The notes: generated by a model not told the origin, from the sequence alone. A DNA stretch of 59,335 nucleotides from Hymenobacteraceae bacterium (GCA_033838975.1 JAJLKL010000261.1:1-59335), one strand, 5' to 3'. Shown: positions 37,309-47,643, counted from the stretch's first letter. Program-made: numbers and translations.

Positions 37309-37885
37309 AAGCAATATTACTGTTTAGCATCTTTTTCCTCAGGTTGATCAGCGCATAGCGCATACGTCCTAAGGCTGTGTTGATGCTCACACCAGTAGCG
37401 TCTGCTATCTCCTGGAAACTCATGTCGGCGTAGTGGCGCATCATGAGTACCTCACGCTGCGATTGTGGCAGCGTCTGGATCAGCTCGCGCAGTCGGGCAT
37501 AGGTGTCCTCTTTTATCTGCAGCGACTCCGCGGAGTCCTCAGAAAAAGACATGTTGTTGAACACATTGCTGCCGTCCTCCAGCGTGATCATCGGGCTACG
37601 CTTTTCTTTACGGAAAAAGTCGATCGCCAGGTTATGCGCGATGCGGCAAATCCATGAAGAAAACTTCCCCTCTTCGTTATAACGCCCGCTCTTCATGGTA
37701 TGGATGGCCTTGATAAAGGCATCCTGCATTAAGTCCTCGGCCGTGTAAGAGTCTTTTACAATTAATAAAATCGTTGTGTAGACTTTGTTCTTGTGCCTGT
37801 TTACTAGCTGTTCAAACGCACTCTCATTACCTGCGATATAGAGCGAGACTAAAGCTGAGTCGCTCTGCTGGGTAGTTGTATTCAT
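37283..37885 (-). CDS. ECF-type RNA polymerase sigma factor
   Basis: AEDLMQDAF, W..RIAHNLAID, LP..QREV, SFQEIA..TGVSINTALGRMRYA motifs. Confidence 0.95.
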   Translation of the reverse strand: MNTTTQQSDSALVSLYIAGNESAFEQLVNRHKNKVYTTILLIVKDSYTAEDLMQDAFIKAIHTMKSGRYNEEGKFSSWICRIAHNLAIDFFRKEKRSPMITLEDGSNVFNNMSFSEDSAESLQIKEDTYARLRELIQTLPQSQREVLMMRHYADMSFQEIADATGVSINTALGRMRYALINLRKKMLNSNIAYDKNLYSE

Positions 37886-38378
37886 CGTAAAGCTACATTA
37901 GTTTAACGTAGAGCTTTATACCATATTGTTGCGTTTACTAGTTTGAACAAATTTTTTTAGAAGTGTAAATCAAATATAGAGAATGGCTTTTGATTGTGCA
38001 AGAGCGGCTATCTCTACTTGGTGAAAAATATTTATTCAGCTATACAAGGCTTGGCTGCCTTTACGTTGTGCCACTGTTTGTACATGAATTATATACGTTA
38101 CTATAATATAAAGGAGTCGTATTTTAGTGTAATTTAGTTTTCCACATATATAAAAACGCCTTTATTTCGATCCGGAGGCATATTTTGCCCTGCGTATTGT
38201 TAAACGCAGGTTTAGGGCGCAGCATTAACTTCTATCACTCTTCCTCTGGTGCTTCTGTCATACGGTAGTGCTGCCCACTTCCGGTTCACTAAAAATCCCC
38301 GGTTGTTAAGGAAAAATAATTTTAGCTGTCGGCGACGAAACGGTAGCTTTGCACCGCTATCTATAACTATCTACTACT

Positions 38379-39494
38379 ATGAAAAAGACACTTTTGAGTT
38401 TAGCTGTTACACTGGCAGCTATACAGGGGGTAAGCGCTCAGGAGCAGCAGGCACCGCAGGCGCTGGAGCTGAGGCCTGCTCAGGTCTCTGTTTTACCCGG
38501 TGTGGGTACCAACGGCAAGCACGGAGCGAGGTATTACCAGCCCTTTTCCTTTAACCTGCTGGGTGGCAGTAACGGCGGGGTAAATGGCTTCGAGCTAGGC
38601 GGTATTCTTAATGTTGATAAAGCCTTTGCCCGCGGGCTGCAGATCGGAGGAGTGGCAAACCTGGTAGGCGGTCCTGTTCGAGGGGTGCAGGTAGGAGGTA
38701 TACTGAATACCTCGACTGATGCAAGCGGACTTCAGGTAGGGGGGATTGCCAACATTGGAACAGGCAATGCGAAGGGAGCACAGATTGCGGGCATCACGAA
38801 CATCATCAAGGGAGAGGCTAATGGGCTGCAGGTGGCAGGCATTGTAAACACAGCGCCGCAGGGGGTCACCGGGGCACAGGTAAGCGGTGTCGTCAACATT
38901 GCAGGCAAAGCCAAAGGTTTGCAGCTGAGCACTGTCAACAAGGCGAAAGTGGTGAGAGGCTTGCAGCTGGGCGTGGTGAACATTGCGGACTCGGCACACG
39001 CTACCTTAGGTCTGGTAAACATTGTACGGAAGAACGGCTACTACAGGGGAGAGGTATGGGCAGGAGAGACCTTTTTCGGAAATGCCGCCTTCAAAATGGG
39101 GACAAAGCGCCTGTACACCATGCTGGCGCTGGGCTGGAGGCAGGAGGATGCTATATACCATGTGGCCTATGGTGCAGGTATAGGCTCTGAGCTGGGGAAG
39201 GTAGCAGGGTTCACCCTGAGCGCAGATCTGTTAAGCTACCAGGTGTCGGAGGATGAGCTCTGGACGGACCGTAGTACAAACCAGTTGCAGCAGGTGCGGC
39301 TTTTAGCAGCCAGGGAGCTTAAAGGCAATACAGCCCTGCTGGCAGGGGCCACCTTCAATGTGTTTGAGTCAAGCTTTACTGCTGACGGAAGGGAGAGAGG
39401 GATGGACATAGCGCCATGGCACTTCTATAGCAAGGTGCACCGCAACACAAGGGTTACCCTGTGGCCTGGGGTGAACATGGGCTTTAGGTTTTAA
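38379..39494 (+). CDS. Secreted Gly-rich repeat protein (LA_2272-like repeats) with C-terminal beta-barrel-like domain
   Basis: Signal peptide; about 9 repeats G[LVA]Q[IVL][GAS]G[IV].N; C-terminal GVNMGFRF. Confidence 0.8.
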   Translation: MKKTLLSLAVTLAAIQGVSAQEQQAPQALELRPAQVSVLPGVGTNGKHGARYYQPFSFNLLGGSNGGVNGFELGGILNVDKAFARGLQIGGVANLVGGPVRGVQVGGILNTSTDASGLQVGGIANIGTGNAKGAQIAGITNIIKGEANGLQVAGIVNTAPQGVTGAQVSGVVNIAGKAKGLQLSTVNKAKVVRGLQLGVVNIADSAHATLGLVNIVRKNGYYRGEVWAGETFFGNAAFKMGTKRLYTMLALGWRQEDAIYHVAYGAGIGSELGKVAGFTLSADLLSYQVSEDELWTDRSTNQLQQVRLLAARELKGNTALLAGATFNVFESSFTADGRERGMDIAPWHFYSKVHRNTRVTLWPGVNMGFRF

Positions 39495-39517
39495 CAGAGC
39501 AACACTCACAACATAAG

Positions 39518-39561
39518 CAGGGGCAGTGACGGTTGATAGCCGTTGCTGCCCCTGTCTTTTT
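39518..39561. terminator. Terminator between convergent genes
   Basis: CAGGGGCAGTGACGG-loop-CCGTTGCTGCCCCTG followed by TCTTTTT. Confidence 0.8.
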
Positions 39562-39579
39562 ATGTATCAACCTTTATTA

Positions 39580-40005
39580 TTACTGCTGCCCCACAATACT
39601 TAAAAAGCCCATCTTCATCTGGAAGATCCGCGCGATACTGCTTGCCTTCTGCTTGGCTTCTTCTGCCTTGCTACCGGCAAACAGGCTGTCTACCGTTAGT
39701 ATGAACAAGCTAACCCAGCGGATAAAGTGCTTCTGCTCAATGGGCAGGCGCATGTGTTTCGGGAAAGGCTGCCCTTTGTAGGCCATGCTCCCGAACAGTA
39801 TGGAGCTCCAGAAGTTGTACATGACGGGCAGGTGTGCCTGCCAGTTCACGTGGGCAAAGTCATTGAACACCGGCGACAGCAGCTCGTCCTTGTTGACGTG
39901 CTCGTAAAAAATGTCCACGAGTAGCTTCACATCCTCCTCCGTTTCAATGTCTCTCTTTGCCTGTTCCTCTATCTCGTTAGGGATAATATGCTCCTGCAGT
40001 GCCAT
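39580..40005 (-). CDS. Group III truncated hemoglobin (trHbP)
   Basis: RDI...DV..LVD.FY, L.PVF, W..HL..M..FWSS.L, Y.G.PF.KH, HF.RW..LF motifs; start set at MALQEH by the -7 box at 40052-40059. Confidence 0.9.
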   Translation of the reverse strand: MALQEHIIPNEIEEQAKRDIETEEDVKLLVDIFYEHVNKDELLSPVFNDFAHVNWQAHLPVMYNFWSSILFGSMAYKGQPFPKHMRLPIEQKHFIRWVSLFILTVDSLFAGSKAEEAKQKASSIARIFQMKMGFLSIVGQQ

Positions 40006-40051
40006 AACTAATTCTCCAGATGATTTGCCCTTTATTCTTATTACAACACTA

Positions 40052-40094
40052 CAAAGGTAAGCCTGCCTGCCTCCTGGAAAAATGACCTTTGTCA
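40052..40094 (-). promoter_or_regulatory. -7 element plus upstream TGAC-N4-GTCA palindrome for the globin gene
   Basis: Minus-strand TACCTTTG at 40052-40059; TGACCTTTGTCA at 40083-40094. Confidence 0.5.
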
Positions 40095-40212
40095 CCTTAG
40101 CTGCTTTTAATGCCGTGTCAGTCAGTGAGGTATAGCCTTTTTTAGGTATAGCCAGGGCTGGGGCCGCTGGTTGCTGTGTAGCCATGGACAGGTGCCAGGA
40201 GAGGTACGGGCA

Positions 40213-40254
40213 TAAAAAATCCTTCGAAAGAGCTGAGGAATCTTATCGAAGGAT
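40213..40254 (-). terminator. Intrinsic terminator
   Basis: ATCCTTCGA...TCGAAGGAT stem followed by a T-run on the minus strand. Confidence 0.65.
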
Positions 40255-40287
40255 GACTGAAATTAGTTTAAAAACCGCCGGAGGCCC

Positions 40288-40635
40288 CTATTTCCTGCTG
40301 TAGCCTTTTATACGGTTCAGTATCAGCAGCAGGCGGCGGTTAATGTCACGCTCCTCCACCGGATTGCATTGGGCCGTGATGTCACAGGGCTTCTGTAACT
40401 TCTGCTCTACAGACTTCAGGTGCTGCAAATAGCAGTCTAGCGTAGTGCATGATACATTGCGGAGGGCGGAGTCGGTGTTGCTGTCAGTGCCATTCTCTTT
40501 CTTATACTTCAGGTTAATGGCCTTCGCGATCTCTGTATTTATCAGCCTGGTTACGTCTTCGTCCGTCGTAATCTCCTGCTGGTACACCTTCTTCTCAATG
40601 TTCTCCAGTAAATCTCTGATGTCCAGTACATTCAT
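40288..40635 (-). CDS. Hypothetical helical protein (115 aa, 4 Cys)
   Basis: ORF with terminator downstream; start set at MNVLDI. Confidence 0.65.
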   Translation of the reverse strand: MNVLDIRDLLENIEKKVYQQEITTDEDVTRLINTEIAKAINLKYKKENGTDSNTDSALRNVSCTTLDCYLQHLKSVEQKLQKPCDITAQCNPVEERDINRRLLLILNRIKGYSRK

Positions 40636-40997
40636 AGGATCAAATATTTTTATTTTACAATATGTTAATAAACGTCTTACAGTTCTCCTGATACGCATCA
40701 GGGGCGCTGGCGTTCGCTTGAAAAATTACAGTTTACAGAACCTTTACACTAAAGCCGTGATGATAACAGAAAATTAACGCTACTGTTATATTAAGCTAAT
40801 TATATATGTGCTCGGTAGGTTGGTTGCGGTAATTCTGTGTAGTTACTAATCGGTGAAAATTTATACTTCTGTCACGCGCTTAGTGTTGCGGCAAATCAGT
40901 TTTTTTAGGCAAAGAAACAGCGAAATGGCTGGCACTGAACTTCTTTGAGTTTAAGGGGTGGAAAGCGGGGTAAAGGCAGGCCGGAGCGCTGACTGGC

Positions 40998-41438
40998 TTA
41001 GTGAGCTAAGGCTGCCGCATGCTGGCACTCCTGAAGCCACTGCAACGCGTCATGTTCATTAATGAAGTAGCGCAGGTGCAGCGTATCACCATAGCTGATC
41101 ACCTCGGAGACGGGCATATCCTCTGAGGCCAGGTACTGCCGCTGGAAGGGCAGCATCAGGTAAGCGACATAGGTAATAGCACCCAAAGAGGTCTTGACGG
41201 CAGGTACAAAGTCATGGTCATACCATCCTCGCAGCAGAGCGTCAGAGGCATTACGCAGGCGCAGGTCGTGTAGCCAAAAATGCGCTTTGTGGCCGCTAGC
41301 AAAGTGCAGGGCCGTTGTATAGCCCTCCATAAACCGGGGCAGGTCTACTGCTGCACGCCATCTGCAAAACAGCACGCCCAGGTCTTGCCGGTAAGTTATG
41401 TGGAGAAAAGGCAGTTCTAGTTTTTCGATGGCTGTCAT
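40998..41438 (-). CDS. Hypothetical protein, STAS/SpoIIAA-like family
   Basis: L.ITYR.DL.VL..RW, WL.DLR.R, F..E..A..WL pattern; start set at MTAIEK. Confidence 0.7.
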   Translation of the reverse strand: MTAIEKLELPFLHITYRQDLGVLFCRWRAAVDLPRFMEGYTTALHFASGHKAHFWLHDLRLRNASDALLRGWYDHDFVPAVKTSLGAITYVAYLMLPFQRQYLASEDMPVSEVISYGDTLHLRYFINEHDALQWLQECQHAAALAH

Positions 41439-41711
41439 GGTTGTATCGTTAGTGCGAAAAAATATCAGAGCACGTCTGAAGGGAAAGAACAACGCCTAAC
41501 ACAAGAATAGTTTAGAAAACAGGCAAAGATAATCTTTTCTTAACAAGTGGAGCTCCGCAGAGAGCCGGTAAGGGAGTCAAACAGGTACAGGTAAAGACTA
41601 TTGTTATACGTAAGATCAGCCATAAAGTATGCTTTAATATTGCTAGAGGTGTGAATTGTTTGCGTTAGCTTTGTCTCTTTATAGAGCGGACCATCAGGAG
41701 TGCCAGAGGAT

Positions 41712-42968
41712 ATGAGCAGCATGCGCAAGCAAGACCCTTATGCAGTATTGCGGATACCAGAGTTCAGGTTATACATTTCGGCCCGGTTGTGCATCACGCT
41801 GGCCATGCAGATACAGGCCGTTATTGTGGGCTGGCAGATATACGACATCACCAAGGACCCTCTGTCGCTGGGCCTGATCGGCTTGGCGGAGGCTATCCCT
41901 TCCATTTTTGTGTCGCTGTATGCAGGCTATGTGGCGGACGTGGTGCAGCGGAAAAAGATCATTGTTACGGTGGTGACGGTCTTGCTGCTGTGCTCGGCCG
42001 CACTTTTATTCTTTACGCTGGATGTGAGCCAGGTGCTGCAGCAGTATGGCGCCCTGCCGATTTATGCGGTGATCTTCCTGAGTGGGATCGCCCGCGGATT
42101 TATGGGGCCCGCGGTCTTTTCCTTTATGCCGCAGCTGGTGCCTTCCAAGCAACTCTATGCGAACGCCATTACCTGGAGCAGTACCACCTGGCAGGCCGCT
42201 TCCGTGGCAGGGCCGGCTGTCGGAGGGCTCATCTATGGGTTCTACGGGGTTACCGCCTCTTACATGGCCGATGCCGTGCTGGTGCTGTTGGCGCTGCTGT
42301 CGTTTAGCCTGATTGGCAATAAGCCGCTGCCGGAGAACGCTAACCCGCAGAACCTGAAGGAGAGCCTACGGTCAGGCATTGCTTTCGTCTTCGGAAACCA
42401 GATCGTCCTGAGCGCAATCTCACTGGACCTGTTTGCGGTGCTGTTTGGCGGGGCGGTAGCGCTGCTGCCCATCTTTGCCTCTGACATTCTGCAGACGGGA
42501 CCGCAGGGCTTAGGGATGCTGCGCGCGGCTCCTGCTGTGGGTTCTGTGCTGATGGCCGTACTCATGGCCTATTACCCGATCACGGTAAATGCCGGGAAAA
42601 AGATGCTGTGGTGCGTGGCTGGCTTCGGAGTGTGTATCGTGCTGTTCGGGCTCTCTACCAGTTTCTGGTTCTCGCTGGTGCTACTGGCTCTGAGCGGCGC
42701 TTTCGACAGCATTAGCGTTATCATCCGCTCCACACTGATTCACACCCTTACACCCGAGTACATGAAGGGCCGGGTGTCCTCTGTGAATAACATTTTTGTG
42801 GGTTCCTCCAATGAGATTGGCGCCTTTGAGTCGGGGTTTACGGCCAAGCTGATGGGGGTAGTGCCAGCCGTGGTGTTCGGTGGGGTGATGACGCTTGTGG
42901 TTGTCGGTGTAACGGCCTTCAAGGCAGATAAGCTTCGCGCACTGGACCTGTCGGCTGAGCCGGCATAG
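41712..42968 (+). CDS. MFS transporter (EntS/H+ antiporter-like)
   Basis: About 12 TM helices, G.VAD...RK motif A, DLFAVLFGG, GRVSSV; -7 box TAGCTTTG at 41666-41673. Confidence 0.92.
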   Translation: MSSMRKQDPYAVLRIPEFRLYISARLCITLAMQIQAVIVGWQIYDITKDPLSLGLIGLAEAIPSIFVSLYAGYVADVVQRKKIIVTVVTVLLLCSAALLFFTLDVSQVLQQYGALPIYAVIFLSGIARGFMGPAVFSFMPQLVPSKQLYANAITWSSTTWQAASVAGPAVGGLIYGFYGVTASYMADAVLVLLALLSFSLIGNKPLPENANPQNLKESLRSGIAFVFGNQIVLSAISLDLFAVLFGGAVALLPIFASDILQTGPQGLGMLRAAPAVGSVLMAVLMAYYPITVNAGKKMLWCVAGFGVCIVLFGLSTSFWFSLVLLALSGAFDSISVIIRSTLIHTLTPEYMKGRVSSVNNIFVGSSNEIGAFESGFTAKLMGVVPAVVFGGVMTLVVVGVTAFKADKLRALDLSAEPA

Positions 42969-42976
42969 CAGAAGTA

Positions 42977-43023
42977 AAAAAAGAGCAGTGCACGACCAAC
43001 AACTGATGGCACACTGCTCTTTT
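42977..43023. terminator. Bidirectional terminator
   Basis: AAAAAGAGCAGTG...CACTGCTCTTTTT. Confidence 0.8.
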
Positions 43024-43037
43024 AAGATAAGTAGCGG

Positions 43038-43166
43038 CTAAGCCTGCGGAGCTGCCTCCTGCCTCTCTGCCTGCTTTTTGTTTTTAGTGGCCTGGCGGGG
43101 GCGGCTGTTGCCGTAGGTGCCCTTCTTGATCTTGCCTTTTTTTGTTTTTTTATCTCCTTTTCCCAT
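43038..43166 (-). CDS. 30S ribosomal protein bTHX (42 aa), not in the ORF track
   Basis: Read directly: MGKGDKKTKKGKIKKGTYGNSRPRQATKNKKQAERQEAAPQA*; matches the THX signature GKGD..T..GK...GTYG..RP. Confidence 0.9.
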   Translation of the reverse strand: MGKGDKKTKKGKIKKGTYGNSRPRQATKNKKQAERQEAAPQA

Positions 43167-43222
43167 AGAACTGATAGTGTTTAGTTTGCTCTACTACTAA
43201 CAACCCCATACGGATAAAGCAT

Positions 43223-43260
43223 AAAGGCAGATTAGCTTTTTACTTACTAACCTGCCTTTT
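43223..43260 (-). terminator. Terminator of the T9SS cargo gene
   Basis: AAAGGCAGATTAG...CTAACCTGCCTTT hairpin. Confidence 0.6.
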
Positions 43261-43300
43261 AAAGAACAAACTATGCCTAAGGGTAAGCCGGCGCTTTCTG

Positions 43301-44338
43301 CTACTCCAGCACAACACGCTGGTGCACCACCTTGTCGCCGGAGACTGCTGAGAGTATAAATAGACCCTTGTACCGGCCCAGTTCCTGCAGAGGGACTTCT
43401 ATCAGACCATTTCCGCTGTGGCTCAGGGTCGTGCTGTAGACCACTTTCCCGGATAGATCCTTGAGTTGTAGTTTCGTGCTGTTAGCGCCTCCTGGGTTGG
43501 AGACCAGTATGGTGCAGTCGTTTCCGGCGCATGGGTTCGGGGCCAGCTCAACCTTCATGCTCATAGTGCCAGCGGCGGCTGCTACGGCTATCGTTTTGGA
43601 ATACTCGTACTGCCCATCATAATCGACCTGCTTGAGGCGGTAATAGTTTACTCCCTGTACAGGTTCAGGGTCTGAGAAGGTATAATCTATTGCCACCGAG
43701 GTGCTGCCGTTGCCCTGTACCGTGCCAATCTGCGCATACTGCTTGCCATCTGCACTGCGCTCTACCTCAAAATGACTGTTGTTCTCTTCGCTGGCGGTGC
43801 GCCACTCAAGGGATACGCCGCTTGGGGTGGTCCTGCCGCTGAAGCTTACAAGTTCCACTGGCAGCGGTGTGATCGGCAGGCAAGGGTTGTCTGAGTCTAG
43901 GCGGGCCTGCAGGTCTATAATATCTGTTGGGATAGGAATGTTAACGTTGATGATAGGTATCAGAAAGTTTTCGTAGGTGGCTACCAGTACATCCGGCGTA
44001 TTCACAAAGAGGTTTCTGTTCACTGTAAACTCCACAAACGGGTTGGCCGCTAACTGGGCACGGCTGCGCCTGACGGGGAACCCTCCCACTGGGGTGAACA
44101 GCAGGCCATCGATATCGGCACAGCCGCTCTGATCCGAGAGAAACGCCGTCAGGACCACCAGAAGGGTGGGAGAGGTAGGGCTCTCTTCCTGAATAGAGGT
44201 GAACTCGACAAAGATGCAGTCGTCTTCATAAGAGCAGACCCCTGGTTCAAAAATCTGTGCGTTAGCCTGCCTGGCGGGAAGCAGGAGGCAGACGAAGACC
44301 AGTAAAAACGTGTAAGTATAAACAGTAGAAAATTTCAT
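43301..44338 (-). CDS. T9SS type A C-terminal sorting domain protein
   Basis: Signal peptide; PLPVELVSF..W.TASE.N..HFEVERS.DG..YYRLKQVDYDG Ig-like domain; APNP..L.DLSGK CTD. Confidence 0.9.
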   Translation of the reverse strand: MKFSTVYTYTFLLVFVCLLLPARQANAQIFEPGVCSYEDDCIFVEFTSIQEESPTSPTLLVVLTAFLSDQSGCADIDGLLFTPVGGFPVRRSRAQLAANPFVEFTVNRNLFVNTPDVLVATYENFLIPIINVNIPIPTDIIDLQARLDSDNPCLPITPLPVELVSFSGRTTPSGVSLEWRTASEENNSHFEVERSADGKQYAQIGTVQGNGSTSVAIDYTFSDPEPVQGVNYYRLKQVDYDGQYEYSKTIAVAAAAGTMSMKVELAPNPCAGNDCTILVSNPGGANSTKLQLKDLSGKVVYSTTLSHSGNGLIEVPLQELGRYKGLFILSAVSGDKVVHQRVVLE

Positions 44339-44761
44339 AGAGGTAGCTTTGAATCATCATCATACGCATAGCAACAGGAGGCATACCCAACTATGATAGG
44401 GGGTAACCGGGGAACCGACCACAGCAGGGAGGGTGGGCAGTGATGTGGCAGCGGAGGTTCCGCTTGGGGAGGGTAAAGTGACAGTTGAATTTACGGTGCA
44501 AATTGTATTGTGTTTTTGTGGCCGTAGTATTTTGGGTAAAGCGTGGGTTTGTGAGGGCAGGACTTCCTTTGCGCAAGAAGTATAGGGAGGCTGCAAAACC
44601 TGATCAGTGAAGGCGGGAATAAACTTTGTGAAAGTATTGTTCCATAGTTTGTTCAGATGCAACAAAGGCCTTCAAAAAGAGGTTATGTATTCGTATCTTT
44701 ACAACTTATAAAGTATAATTTTTTTAGTGCTTTTGCCGGGCCAAACGTTTGAGGTGCCGCT

Positions 44762-47587
44762 ATGGCAGAAGCCACCGCTAGTATGGCAAATATTCCTGAT
44801 TATAATTTAGAAGAACTCGACGCCCGCCAGAACATCATCATCAAGGGGGCCCGGGTACACAACCTTAAAAACCTGAGCGTTGCGCTGCCGCGTAACAAGT
44901 TCATTGTGGTCACCGGCCTTTCCGGCTCCGGGAAGTCTTCTCTGGCTTTCGACACGCTTTACGCCGAGGGGCAACGCATGTACGTGGAGAGCCTTAGCTC
45001 CTACGCCCGGCAGTTCCTGGGCCGTATGGACAAGCCTGATGTAGACTACATCAAAGGCATCAGCCCGGCCATTGCCATTGAGCAGAAGGTAAGCATCAAA
45101 AACAACCGCTCCACGGTTGGCACGAGTACCGAGATCTACGACTACCTGAAGCTGCTTTATGCCCGTATCGGCAAAACCTACTCACCTGTTTCAGGGGAAG
45201 TAGTGCAGAAAGACACGGTGGCCGATGTCGTGGACTTTATCTTTTCTCTGGAGGATGAGGCGCGTGTGATGATCCTGGCGCCGCTGCTGCAGCACAAAGA
45301 CCGCACGCTGGCCAAAGAGCTGGACCTGCTGCTGCAGAAAGGCTACTCGCGCATCTACGCCAAGGGGCAGGTGTACTTTATCGAAGAGCTGCTGGAGCAG
45401 GACAAGCCTGACCTGGGCAAGGAGGTGTTTATCCTCATAGACCGTGCGGTGATCTACAAAAGTGACGAAGACCTGGCTTTCCGGATTGCGGACTCGGTGC
45501 AGACGGCCTTTTTTGAGGGGCATGGCGAATGCCGGGTCATGCACGGGGATGAGGTGCGCGTGTTCTCTGACCGGTTTGAGCTGGACGGGATGGTGTTCGA
45601 GGAGCCTTCAGTTAACTTTTTCAGCTTTAACAACCCGTACGGCGCCTGCCAGACCTGCGAGGGCTTCGGCAGTGTGCTCGGGATAGACCCTGACCTGGTG
45701 ATCCCGGACAAGAGCCTTACGGTTTACGAAGGTGCCGTTGCCCCCTGGCGCTCCGACAAAATGAACGAGTGGCTGCAGCCCTTGCTGAAGAACGGCATTC
45801 GTTTCGATTTCCCTATTCACCGTCCTTACAATGAGCTGACGGAGGCCGAGCAGGAGCTGCTTTGGACCGGAAACAAGTACTTCGAAGGCCTGAGTGACTT
45901 CTTCAGGCATGTGCAGTCGCAGACACACAAGATACAGTACCGCGTGCTGCTGTCGCGCTACCGTGGCCGCACGACCTGCCCCGACTGTAAGGGCTCGCGT
46001 TTACGCAAAGATGCCAGCTATGTAAAAGTAGGCGGCAAGAGTATAACTGACCTGGTGCTGATGCCGATCACGCAGGTGCTGCCGTTCTTCCGTAACCTAG
46101 AGCTGTCGCAGCATGAGCAGAATGTGGCGGAGCGCCTGGTAACGGAGGTGACCAACCGCCTGAGCTACCTGGAGCGCGTGGGGCTCGGCTACCTGACCCT
46201 TAACCGCCTGTCCAATACCCTGTCCGGTGGCGAGAGCCAGCGCATTAACCTGGCAACCTCGCTGGGCAGTGCCCTGGTGGGCTCTATGTACATTCTGGAC
46301 GAGCCAAGCATCGGGCTGCACCCGAAAGACTCCGAGCAGCTGATCGGTGTGCTGCGCTCGCTGCAGAAACTAGGCAACACGGTGATTGTGGTGGAGCACG
46401 AAGAGGAAATGATGCGTGCCGCCGACCAGCTGATCGACATCGGTCCGGAGGCGGGCTCTGGAGGTGGTAACCTGATGTTCCAGGGGACCTTTGAGGAGCT
46501 GACCAAATCAGCCGAGACCTATACCGGTAAATACCTGGCCGGAAAGATGGAGGTGCCTGTGCCGGCGCAGCGGCGCAAATGGCGCAACGCCATCGAACTA
46601 ATCGGTGCCCGCGAAAACAACCTGAAGAACCTGAACGTCAAGATCCCCTTGGACGTGATGACGGTGGTGACAGGGGTGAGCGGTTCCGGTAAATCCACGC
46701 TGATCAGGAAGATACTGGCGCCGGCGATGCAGAAGCTGCATGGGGCAACTGCTGAGGCTACGGGTAAATTCGACAAGCTGGCTGGAGACTATAACAAGAT
46801 CGAGCACGTGGAGTTCGTGGATCAGAACCCGATCGGGAAGTCCTCGCGCTCTAACCCGGTAACCTACGTAAAAGCCTACGACGCCATCCGTACCCTGTAC
46901 GCCGATCAGCCGCTGGCCAAGTCCCGCGGATTTAAGCCATCGCACTTCTCCTTTAACATTGAGGGAGGGCGCTGCGAAGTATGCCAGGGTGAGGGGCAGG
47001 TAAAGATTGAGATGCAGTTTATGGCGGACATCTACCTGACCTGCGAGAGCTGCCATGGGCACCGCTTTAAGCAGGATGTACTGGATGTGAAGTATAAGGA
47101 GAAGAGCATCTCGGAGGTGCTGGACATGACCATCGCCGACAGCATTGCCTTCTTTGCCGATCAGCCGAAGATCGTGGAGAAGCTAAAGCCGCTGCATGAC
47201 GTAGGTTTGGGCTACATCCGGCTGGGGCAGTCGAGCAATACCCTGTCGGGGGGGGAGGCGCAGCGTGTAAAGCTGGCATCCTTCCTGACCAAAGGCGCGC
47301 AGCCACACCAGAACAACATTCTCTTCATCTTTGATGAGCCAAGTACAGGGCTGCACTTCCACGATATCAGCAAGCTGCTCACCTCCATCAATGCCCTGAT
47401 TGAAAATGGCAATACCGTCGTGATCATCGAGCATAACATGGACATCATCAAATCCGCGGATTGGATCATAGACCTCGGTCCGGAGGGAGGTACAAACGGC
47501 GGGCACCTGCTGTTTGAGGGCACCCCGGAGGAAATGGCAAAGCTGGAGGATAACCACACGGCCAGGTTCCTGAAGGATAAGCTGTAG
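44762..47587 (+). CDS. uvrA: Excinuclease ABC subunit A
   Basis: Two ABC ATPase modules ([24 protein letters not shown]), HNLKN, CxxC Zn modules. Confidence 0.96.
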   Translation: MAEATASMANIPDYNLEELDARQNIIIKGARVHNLKNLSVALPRNKFIVVTGLSGSGKSSLAFDTLYAEGQRMYVESLSSYARQFLGRMDKPDVDYIKGISPAIAIEQKVSIKNNRSTVGTSTEIYDYLKLLYARIGKTYSPVSGEVVQKDTVADVVDFIFSLEDEARVMILAPLLQHKDRTLAKELDLLLQKGYSRIYAKGQVYFIEELLEQDKPDLGKEVFILIDRAVIYKSDEDLAFRIADSVQTAFFEGHGECRVMHGDEVRVFSDRFELDGMVFEEPSVNFFSFNNPYGACQTCEGFGSVLGIDPDLVIPDKSLTVYEGAVAPWRSDKMNEWLQPLLKNGIRFDFPIHRPYNELTEAEQELLWTGNKYFEGLSDFFRHVQSQTHKIQYRVLLSRYRGRTTCPDCKGSRLRKDASYVKVGGKSITDLVLMPITQVLPFFRNLELSQHEQNVAERLVTEVTNRLSYLERVGLGYLTLNRLSNTLSGGESQRINLATSLGSALVGSMYILDEPSIGLHPKDSEQLIGVLRSLQKLGNTVIVVEHEEEMMRAADQLIDIGPEAGSGGGNLMFQGTFEELTKSAETYTGKYLAGKMEVPVPAQRRKWRNAIELIGARENNLKNLNVKIPLDVMTVVTGVSGSGKSTLIRKILAPAMQKLHGATAEATGKFDKLAGDYNKIEHVEFVDQNPIGKSSRSNPVTYVKAYDAIRTLYADQPLAKSRGFKPSHFSFNIEGGRCEVCQGEGQVKIEMQFMADIYLTCESCHGHRFKQDVLDVKYKEKSISEVLDMTIADSIAFFADQPKIVEKLKPLHDVGLGYIRLGQSSNTLSGGEAQRVKLASFLTKGAQPHQNNILFIFDEPSTGLHFHDISKLLTSINALIENGNTVVIIEHNMDIIKSADWIIDLGPEGGTNGGHLLFEGTPEEMAKLEDNHTARFLKDKL

Positions 47588-47605
47588 GAGAAGTAGAAAG
47601 TATGA

Positions 47606-47643
47606 AAAGCCGCAGTAACAGGTGTTGCTGCGGCTTTTGTTTT
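47606..47643 (+). terminator. Intrinsic terminator
   Basis: AAAGCCGCAGTAACA-loop-TGTTGCTGCGGCTTTTGTTTT. Confidence 0.85.

Noticed and set aside
38270-38310. CCGGTT direct repeat as a second LytTR box
   Set aside because: Only 6 bp with 18-bp spacing, and it does not match the box at 35537; too weak.
40006-40185. N-terminal extension of the globin, and similar extensions on mutY, recG, marR, the LCFA ligase, prmA and murQ
   Set aside because: The extensions look non-coding and several span predicted -7 promoter boxes, so downstream starts were preferred.
44360-44665. 101-aa and 61-aa ORFs upstream of the T9SS cargo gene
   Set aside because: No coding-like composition or motif; probably promoter/leader DNA. 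I also recognised no riboswitch here.
44762-47587. UvrA lacking cysteines at one Zn site (SPVSG) as a pseudogene sign
   Set aside because: The frame is intact with both ATPase modules; variation in Zn modules among UvrA homologs is unremarkable.
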